Shown one piece after another: positions 26,131 through 33,081 of a DNA stretch of 33,081 bases. The stretch is from the NCBI GenBank assembly GCA_016840035.1, contig JAEOTC010000069.1:1-33081 (forward strand), written 5' to 3'. Position 1 is the stretch's first letter; each line of letters opens with the position of its first letter. The DNA comes from Candidatus Hodarchaeota archaeon (GTDB lineage Archaea > Asgardarchaeota > Heimdallarchaeia > Hodarchaeales > Hodarchaeaceae). The notes beneath the pieces are model-generated. The model saw only the letters and a program-made list of their open reading frames with translations. It was not told the DNA's origin and ran no database searches. Position numbers and translations under genes: made by a program.

Positions 26131-27591
26131 ATGTCTTTACAAGATTTAATACCAAGTGATTTGTTCACTTATGCCGCTTATATGCCTGGTTTTGGAGGAG
26201 CATTATTAGCTCTGTACAATTGGTACCAAATGCGACGCGGAGCAGTAGTAAAACTGAATCAACCGGTAAATTTCGGCTTGATTCGCGATGTAGAAAAAGA
26301 TGGAGCAATCAACTATTATTTTCCATTGCTAACATATAATGAGGGGTCAAAAGCTGGAATGATAACGGATGTATCAATCTCTTTTAAATCAGAAGAATTT
26401 GAAAAAAGAATAGATATATCTAGACGAGTTGAAATGGTTCATGAAGAAGGAACCGAGGAAGAAGATACATCAATAATAGGCGCAGAGCCAATGTTCCCAT
26501 TTTTCATTTCTGCAGATGAAGGAAATGTCGCCATTTTCGAATGTGTGGATTACGACCATGAAGTAATCCCACTAAATAAATCATTGACGTGTAGAATCAA
26601 CATTACTTATGATCATAAGAAGAAATCATCAATTGAATTTCCTTTCCAACTTTATTCCGAAGAAATTTCCCTTCTATTGCGAGGAAATATGAAATGGCTT
26701 AAACCAAAGATCCAAGCAGAGAAACCAGGTACTGTTGCAGATCGTGATCATTTAAGGTCTTTACTACAAGAAATGAACATGGAAGATGAATATGAAGTTA
26801 TTCTGGACAGAGAAGGAACACACTTTGATCGAACAGTGAAGTATAACGGTACAAAAATTGTCAGACTTGACCTCTCAGACCTTAAAATTGCGGCCCTACC
26901 AGATAGCATTCAGAACTTTGAGTTATTAGAATATCTTGATTTAAGCAATAATTTTCTGACTCAGTTACCTGAAGGTATTGGAAATTTAAATAACCTGAAA
27001 GAATTGGAGGTAGGTAGAAATAAGGGATTAACAACAATACCATCCTCCATAGGACAATTATCAAATTTAAAATTTCTAGGTTTCTATGGTGATAATTTAA
27101 CCAGCCTTCCTGATACAATTGGAAATTTATCATCACTAGAATGGCTTCAACTATCAGGTAATCAACTTCAGAGACTCCCTGATACTATTTGTACTATGTC
27201 AAGTTTGACACGTCTGGATATCAATGACAATGGGTTGGAGTCCCTACCAGAAAATTTTGGTGCATTATTAAATTTAGTGACTCTAGAGATAAAAAAGAAT
27301 AAGCTCAAATCTGTTCCTGCAAGTTTGTTAAAAAATAAGAAACTTACCGTTCTTAATTTTGAACAAAACAGTATTCAGTCATTTCCTTCCAATCTTATTC
27401 GAGATGGAGAACATCTAACTGGACTACAGTTCAACGATAATGAAATTACAAGCTTACCCGAAGGTTTCGAAAAACTCGAACGACTCTCGGTTATTAGCGT
27501 CCGAAATAATCCCTTGAATGAAATATCAGAATCAGTAAACCGTTCTCTTGAACTTTTGAAAAACAGAGGGTGTAATGTATATCTGGATTGA
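26131..27591 (+). CDS. Leucine-rich repeat protein with N-terminal membrane anchor and beta-rich domain
   Basis: About 10 LRRs of the form LxxLPxxIGNLxxLxxLxLxxN. N-terminal hydrophobic segment then RR. GGTGA SD before ATG 26131. Confidence 0.9.
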   Translation: MSLQDLIPSDLFTYAAYMPGFGGALLALYNWYQMRRGAVVKLNQPVNFGLIRDVEKDGAINYYFPLLTYNEGSKAGMITDVSISFKSEEFEKRIDISRRVEMVHEEGTEEEDTSIIGAEPMFPFFISADEGNVAIFECVDYDHEVIPLNKSLTCRINITYDHKKKSSIEFPFQLYSEEISLLLRGNMKWLKPKIQAEKPGTVADRDHLRSLLQEMNMEDEYEVILDREGTHFDRTVKYNGTKIVRLDLSDLKIAALPDSIQNFELLEYLDLSNNFLTQLPEGIGNLNNLKELEVGRNKGLTTIPSSIGQLSNLKFLGFYGDNLTSLPDTIGNLSSLEWLQLSGNQLQRLPDTICTMSSLTRLDINDNGLESLPENFGALLNLVTLEIKKNKLKSVPASLLKNKKLTVLNFEQNSIQSFPSNLIRDGEHLTGLQFNDNEITSLPEGFEKLERLSVISVRNNPLNEISESVNRSLELLKNRGCNVYLD

Positions 27592-27649
27592 GAAGTCCAG
27601 TTTTCTTTCTCTTTTTTATTAAATAGGAAGTCCTGTGGAGGAGAAAAAA

Positions 27650-28123
27650 CTACACTTTCTCTCCACATTTTGAACAAAAATCTGCATCTTCAGTCTCTAG
27701 GTATCCACAATTTCTGCACTTGATCCTTATGACCTCTTTTCCTTGTGAGAAGGGAGAATCGCCCTCTTTAACAAATCCTCTTGATAGTCCACTTCCGATA
27801 GCTTCAGTCATTATTTCAGCAGCAGGGGCTGTTTCCACTGCAGTATAACGTGCAAGCCCTCTGATATGCGTTACGAAATACAATTTATAGCCAGCACCAG
27901 CACAAGCAGAACCTACACTAAGTAATATGGCCCCGATAATGAAATTACCCATCCTCTGTGAAGAAGAGGCACTGAAATTATCCCAATCGGTTGGAGCAGT
28001 CATAGCACTGAAAATAGATGCTACACCAATTATTAATAGTCCTCCCCCAACAACGAAGAGAACCATTCCAAGTAATCTAAGGTTCTGTTTTTTTGATTCA
28101 TACTCTGTACTCTGATTTCGCAT
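27650..28123 (-). CDS. 2-TM membrane protein with C-terminal zinc ribbon
   Basis: Two hydrophobic helices; KCRNCG...FCSKCG. Confidence 0.8.
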   Translation of the reverse strand: MRNQSTEYESKKQNLRLLGMVLFVVGGGLLIIGVASIFSAMTAPTDWDNFSASSSQRMGNFIIGAILLSVGSACAGAGYKLYFVTHIRGLARYTAVETAPAAEIMTEAIGSGLSRGFVKEGDSPFSQGKEVIRIKCRNCGYLETEDADFCSKCGEKV

Positions 28124-28216
28124 TTAGATCACATGAATGTTTTATGATATTAATTTAAGGTTTACTCTCTCCGAACAGATTTGATATTATGTAGAACAAA
28201 CTCTCAGGGCATATTC

Positions 28217-28933
28217 CTAATTCTCCTCATACTCAACCTTAGATTCCAGCTTCTTGGCACGGGCAATATTATTTTTTAGATCTGATACATATGGTACCAT
28301 TCCATCCCATCCAGCTTTCCCAATATAGTTCTTAAAATGATTATGAAGCTCAATTGGATCCCATTTACTCAGTTCCTGGGGTGTTTGAACCCCTGCATTA
28401 TAATACAAACGGGTTAATTTTTCTTTCACATAACCAAGACGAATTAGATCTGAAATCTTAACTAACTCTAAAATGACATTATAAGGAACCTTTACCTTTT
28501 GTGATAATGCTTTCCTTTGATTTACTGTACTTCCTATATTGAGCATGTGTTCGGTATTCTTAATTCCAACTTTATCCAGTTTTTTAATATATTCTGGATC
28601 AATATCTAATATCTTTTTCAATAAAAATGGAGATTTTTTTGTTTTACGTCCTTCTCGTAATTCTCTGGCCACCTTAAACATTGGATCATTATTTGTTGCT
28701 TTAAAATATTGCATTAATGCGTAGAGTTCTGTTCTTGCAGGTTTTTTCGAGTGATTTTCAAGCTTAGTAATATAATTAATTAGATGAGCCTTTGTAATTG
28801 ATTCTTTTTCCATATTAAGCTTGTTACTTTTGAGGTAGTTTTCCAAACCATGTACAAACTTGATATATTTCTCGGCTACATTTGACTTCCTACCAGATTT
28901 CTTCAAAAAGTCACGAAACACATCTTCTTCCAT
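28217..28933 (-). CDS. DUF4332-like (HhH) protein with N-terminal integrase-SAM-like helical domain
   Basis: KLDKVGIKNT..L, SDLIRL, LYYNAGVQT..EL; N-terminal FRDFLKK.G...YI...L..YFK. Confidence 0.7.
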   Translation of the reverse strand: MEEDVFRDFLKKSGRKSNVAEKYIKFVHGLENYLKSNKLNMEKESITKAHLINYITKLENHSKKPARTELYALMQYFKATNNDPMFKVARELREGRKTKKSPFLLKKILDIDPEYIKKLDKVGIKNTEHMLNIGSTVNQRKALSQKVKVPYNVILELVKISDLIRLGYVKEKLTRLYYNAGVQTPQELSKWDPIELHNHFKNYIGKAGWDGMVPYVSDLKNNIARAKKLESKVEYEEN

Positions 28934-28961
28934 TGTTTATCAATCCCCTATCATCAGACCT

Positions 28962-30164
28962 CTATTTCTTTCTTACTAAAATAAAACAGTACATTAAACT
29001 CAAAAGTGAAAATAACCCAGGGAATGAAATTTTCGATTTTGAGATAGTAGTCTCTTCTGTACTTTCCGTACTAGGAGTGTAATCGGTGATAGAGCGCATT
29101 AAGTAATTTTTGATTAATGAATTCCAGTCGTATGATATTTCGGAAGTTGTAACAAAGATAAGATCTAATTCAGGGAAGCAATGAATCCGCTGGCCAAATA
29201 ATCCAGATGTATAATACATATAATAATCGAATGTTTCCTCTTGAACCCACCATTGATAGCCATAATTCACTGGGTTTCCATTAGTACTAGAAACTTGTGT
29301 ATGTTTATTTCTTGTGCTATCCATGACCCAATTCTTCGATATCACTTGCCTCCCATCCCAAGAACCATTATTCATGAATAGATATCCGAATTTAGCCATA
29401 TCCCGAGGAGTAAGATGTAGATCATGTGCACCACAGACAACGTTACTTGGGCTAGAACCCCATGAACCTGGAGATATTCCTAAGGGCTGGAATAGATATT
29501 GTTGTGCAAATTGGAAAGTTGTGATATTTACCGTCCTATCAATGATTGCTTGAAGTAAATGACTTGCTCCTCCACAATAAACAAAACTAGTGCCGGGAAT
29601 AGTTGCCATTGGTTTATCCAGAGTATATTGTACCCAATCAGGGCTATTCAACATATGATTGTAGTGATTATTGGAATTAAAATAATCATATGTCCATTCA
29701 TTCCAATCTAATCCCGTTTGCATATTCAAAAGATGTTCCACAGTCATATTATGTTTTCTAGAATCGACGTTGGAGAAATTATATTCAGGAAAAAACTCTA
29801 ATACGTAATCATCCACGGTAAATAATCCTTGGTCAACTGCAATTCCAACAAGAGCTGAAGTGACGGATTTTGTCGTGGAATACAACTGATGAGGAAAATC
29901 GACTTGCCAACCTTTGTAATACTCTTCAAAAATGAGATACCCAGATTTTACGATGACTAATCCATTTATACCCAATAATTGGTCAGTTGCATACTCCTTA
30001 AAGTCACTTAGAATGGTTGAATTCATTTGGACTTCTTCAGGACTTTTGGTTATCCATCCCTCCGTTGGCCAATAGTTCCTTGATAGTTCAGATTGAATTA
30101 TAATTGGTGGATTTGTACAAATCAGGAAAACAAAGATTATTAGGAATAGGAAGTATTTTTTCAT
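28962..30164 (-). CDS. Secreted serine hydrolase, class C beta-lactamase-like (NylB type), C-terminally anchored
   Basis: SxxK as YSTTKS, LLNMQTG, PGTSFVY, RDMAKFG, YGYQWW. Signal peptide; Thr/Ser linker then FPG-TM-RKK. Confidence 0.9.
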   Translation of the reverse strand: MKKYFLFLIIFVFLICTNPPIIIQSELSRNYWPTEGWITKSPEEVQMNSTILSDFKEYATDQLLGINGLVIVKSGYLIFEEYYKGWQVDFPHQLYSTTKSVTSALVGIAVDQGLFTVDDYVLEFFPEYNFSNVDSRKHNMTVEHLLNMQTGLDWNEWTYDYFNSNNHYNHMLNSPDWVQYTLDKPMATIPGTSFVYCGGASHLLQAIIDRTVNITTFQFAQQYLFQPLGISPGSWGSSPSNVVCGAHDLHLTPRDMAKFGYLFMNNGSWDGRQVISKNWVMDSTRNKHTQVSSTNGNPVNYGYQWWVQEETFDYYMYYTSGLFGQRIHCFPELDLIFVTTSEISYDWNSLIKNYLMRSITDYTPSTESTEETTISKSKISFPGLFSLLSLMYCFILVRKK

Positions 30165-30266
30165 CTTCGATCATAATATCTGCTTCTCTCTCGCTTAAAA
30201 ACTGCAGTGATTGGTGAAGTTTGATTGTCTTAATGGTCTGTACCAATTATCGATTTGACTTCGTAA

Positions 30267-30485
30267 TATTACCCATAGATCCGAGAAGCTCTCTTGGAAG
30301 AAGATCGACCAATAGATCTAGTATTTTGCAATTGTAGTAGGGGATATTACAAAAACTATTGGGAAACAGTTCTTAACGTCCAGCCCTTAAGAGTGGAATT
30401 ATTAGAGTCTGTGATTGAGGGTAACAAGGTGTGTCGTTTCGCATTGCATTTACCTCAAGAACTAACAAAGAAGGATAAATGTTAA
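30267..30485 (+). pseudogene. C-terminal remnant of a V4R/DUF6144-like Cys-rich protein
   Basis: FCNCSRGYYKNYWETVL...VELLESVIEG..VCRF. The upstream frame reads YYP*IREALL, with in-frame TAG (30276) and TAA (30264), and no N-terminal half. Confidence 0.6.
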
Positions 30486-31684
30486 GAAGAAAAATCACCC
30501 AACGATTTTTCCAAGATATCCATCCCCTTCCTTAAATCTTTCTCAGAGGCCAATGACACATATCTTAGATGACCTGGAGCAACCGATGGCCCATAAGCAG
30601 ATCCTGGTGTTACATAGATTCCATATTCTTGCAGCATGTACTTTGCTAAATCTTCATCCTTGATTTGTGGAAATTTAATTTTGGGAAATACATAGGTACC
30701 TCCAGTTGCTGGTACAAATGAAACTCCCTCTATTTCTATCAATCTCGCATTAAGAAGGGACTGTTTTTTTTTCACACTGTTTACAAAAGATATTATGTGA
30801 TCTTCTGACTCTTGAAGAGCTAGCTTGGCTATTTCTTGAGCTAATAGGGAAACACCAAATTTTGCTTTACAGAGCTGTTCAAGATAGCTCCATACCTCGT
30901 TATACTCCATGTTCGGATCATACCAGCCAATATATCCTAATCGGTACCCTGGTAAACGGTAAACTTTACTAAATCCATTTAAATACACAACTGGTACTTC
31001 TTCGGAATATTGTAGTGGAGATTGGAATTCTGTAAACGTTAAAGTATCATAAATTTCATCAGTTATTATTACAAGATTATATTGACCTGCTAGGTTGATG
31101 AATTCTTTGAGAACTTTCTCTGTGTAGACTGCTCCCGTTGGAGAATTAGGAGTAATAATTAGTAATGCTCTTGTGTCTTTTTCTTTCTCAAGCATTCGGA
31201 TCATTTGATCAAAATCGGGATTCCAAGAATTTTCTTCGAGACATTCATAAAACCACACTTTCCCAAATCGTCTAGCCTGAACCATTAATGGAATGTATGA
31301 GGGATCAGGTATCGCAATACTCCCAAGAGTTGAATGGAATAGTGCTGCAAAAGTTAAAGGAAAGCATTCAGATACCCCATTTGTCATAATTATCCTTTCA
31401 GCAGGAATATGAGCTTCTGTGATGTTTTTTATTCGTATACTTAGCATTGATCTGAGTTCTTCATCTCCATTCCAAGAAGGATATCCTGTATATGCAGAAA
31501 TTTGTAATTGATCAATTTTTCTTATAATATTCGGATCAAGAGTGTACCCATATGCTGGGGGATCACAATTAGACAAGTGTAGGTGTGAAGATCTCTTTTT
31601 TGCAAGTTTATTGAGCTCAGTAAGTATTCCTGAGTATCCAAAAGTCGAAATATCCTGATTTCGTGATTTATAACTATTAGTCAT
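30482..31684 (-). CDS. PLP-dependent aminotransferase class I/II
   Basis: PNSPTG, DEIY, GFSKVYRLPGYRLGY (PLP Lys), PGSAYG...LR. Confidence 0.93.
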   Translation of the reverse strand: MTNSYKSRNQDISTFGYSGILTELNKLAKKRSSHLHLSNCDPPAYGYTLDPNIIRKIDQLQISAYTGYPSWNGDEELRSMLSIRIKNITEAHIPAERIIMTNGVSECFPLTFAALFHSTLGSIAIPDPSYIPLMVQARRFGKVWFYECLEENSWNPDFDQMIRMLEKEKDTRALLIITPNSPTGAVYTEKVLKEFINLAGQYNLVIITDEIYDTLTFTEFQSPLQYSEEVPVVYLNGFSKVYRLPGYRLGYIGWYDPNMEYNEVWSYLEQLCKAKFGVSLLAQEIAKLALQESEDHIISFVNSVKKKQSLLNARLIEIEGVSFVPATGGTYVFPKIKFPQIKDEDLAKYMLQEYGIYVTPGSAYGPSVAPGHLRYVSLASEKDLRKGMDILEKSLGDFSS

Positions 31685-32042
31685 TGAATATCCTTCACAG
31701 AACTATACGAAAGTGTATCGAGTTACTATATTTCTTCAATACTCTGTATGGGGCAAAGAGAAGAAACTCCCAATACTCAAACTTTTACTACTCTAAATCA
31801 AAATAAGTGAATTAGCTCTCTTGACAAAGATATTTTGGTGTAATTATCACTAATTATCATGAATAGTATTTGTTATCCTTCTTATCTTTTGGATGGGGGT
31901 AATTGGTGAATACAAATTAGATAATATAGCTCGATATGAATTTATTTTATAATTAACTCCACTAAAAGTTATTTGCCCAATTTTTTCCGTGTTTACTATG
32001 TTTAAATCAAAAAATATAAAAAGAGATTAGTTCTCACTTTAA

Positions 32043-32585
32043 ATGATGAAATATTCCTTCGATTATATGTATGAAAGAGTTAGAGCAAATGATAATACTT
32101 ATGATGGCTTGTTTTTTACCTGTGTTAAATCCACTCAAGTTTTCTGTGTACCTTCATGCAAAGCTAAAACACCATTGAAGAAGAATATAGAATTTGTAAA
32201 TACTGCCAATGAAGCTCTGAAAAAAGGATATCGTCCTTGTAAACGATGCCATCCACTAAATAAGCCATTTTTTACTCCCGACTGGTTAAATGAAGTAAAG
32301 CAATTTTTGATGACCAATCTCAATAGACGGGTTCCTGATACTGAGTTAGCAGATTTAGTTAATCAAGATATCAGTACTATTCGAAGATACTTTAAAACAC
32401 AGCATGGGTTGTTAATTAAAGATTTCCATCGAAAAAATCGACTTGAGAAGGCATCAGAATTATTGTCTAATGGAATGAAAGAATCTGAAGTAGCTTCTTT
32501 AGTAGGGTATCACTCAGTTAAGGGATTTAAATTAGCTTATACTAAGCAATTTGGCAAAGAAGATAATAACGAACATCGGGGATAG
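32043..32585 (+). CDS. adaA: Ada N-terminal Zn domain plus AraC HTH (AdaA-like methylphosphotriester repair/regulator)
   Basis: FCVPSC...GYRPCKRC (four Ada Cys); C-terminal AraC motif VASLVGY...F...KQFG. Confidence 0.88.
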   Translation: MMKYSFDYMYERVRANDNTYDGLFFTCVKSTQVFCVPSCKAKTPLKKNIEFVNTANEALKKGYRPCKRCHPLNKPFFTPDWLNEVKQFLMTNLNRRVPDTELADLVNQDISTIRRYFKTQHGLLIKDFHRKNRLEKASELLSNGMKESEVASLVGYHSVKGFKLAYTKQFGKEDNNEHRG

Positions 32586-32589
32586 CTCA

Positions 32590-33081
32590 ATGAATCATCA
32601 AGAAGACCAAAGGAACATCTCTCTCTCCAAAGCTGCAACTAGGAAACCTAAACTAGTACTCAAAGAAGTAAAAACATCTATAGGTGTTTTGACTTTTGGA
32701 AGCACTGAAAAAGGACTATGCTTAATGGATTTCAACTTTAGAAGGAGTTTCCCCAGAATCGTAAGTAGAATTAGGAAATACTTTGGAGATTATACATATG
32801 GAACAACAGATATCATTGAACTAGCAGAAAAAGAACTAAAACTCTACTTGGAAAGAAAGTTAAATACATTCACAACTCCATTGGATATTAAAGGATCTGA
32901 CTTTCAACAAAAGGTGTGGAAAGTACTTTTAGACATTAAATATGGAGAAACAGCGTCCTACTTGGATATTGCTAAAAGGATTAATCACCCTAAAGCTGTT
33001 CGTGCAGTAGCAAACGCTAATGGCCAAAATGGGATAGCCATCTTTATTCCTTGTCATCGGGTTATAGGTTCGGATGGTTCA
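32590..33081 (+). CDS. ogt: Methylated-DNA-protein-cysteine methyltransferase (partial, runs off window end)
   Basis: Read manually from ATG 32590: ...GSDFQQKVW...IKYGETASY...AVRAVANANGQN...IPCHRVIGSDGS (PCHR active site). Confidence 0.93.
   Translation, partial: MNHQEDQRNISLSKAATRKPKLVLKEVKTSIGVLTFGSTEKGLCLMDFNFRRSFPRIVSRIRKYFGDYTYGTTDIIELAEKELKLYLERKLNTFTTPLDIKGSDFQQKVWKVLLDIKYGETASYLDIAKRINHPKAVRAVANANGQNGIAIFIPCHRVIGSDGS

Noticed and set aside
28217-28933. Integrase marking a mobile element
   Set aside because: No catalytic recombinase domain, att-like repeats, tRNA or other mobile genes seen.
31821-31850. Bacterial sigma70 promoter (TTGACA at 31821)
   Set aside because: No -10 hexamer at 16-18 bp spacing, and the context is archaeal.
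31965-31990. Ada box upstream of adaA
   Set aside because: Only a GCAA on the minus strand with an A-run; the spacing to an AAT A-box does not match the known arrangement.

Overview
AT-rich archaeal DNA, most likely Asgard (Heimdallarchaeia-like). This is inferred from the co-occurrence of a eukaryote-like ubiquitin operon, an archaeal histone, a longin-like protein, an LRR protein, an MCP and CTERM-anchored surface proteins. The centrepiece (1431-7317) is a complete ubiquitin-like conjugation cluster. It has two tandem paralogous Ubls with long N-terminal arms and an Ala-Gly (not Gly-Gly) terminus, one as a pro-form (AG-WR) and one apparently born mature (AG-stop). These are followed by a UBA3-like E1, an E2 with two active-site insertions, a JAMM protease, a ~6-TM membrane-anchored RING E3 and a RING-less protein that looks like a paralogue of the E3 membrane domain. 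A divergent tandem-RHH-like gene faces the operon across palindromic sites. Together this suggests a regulated membrane-protein ubiquitylation (ERAD/Asi-like) system, which is inference. Other highlights are a 1779-aa Ca-binding (TSP3-type) surface protein with a His-Gly...Ser-Cys clan CD protease-like N-terminus, a longin-like gene that seems to need an ATC start, a 53-aa zinc-finger ORF missing from the ORF track, a palindrome ahead of the histone gene, a pseudogene remnant and a split AdaA/Ogt pair. No rRNA, tRNA, CRISPR array or IS element was recognised. All family calls come from motif recognition by eye, not from database searches.
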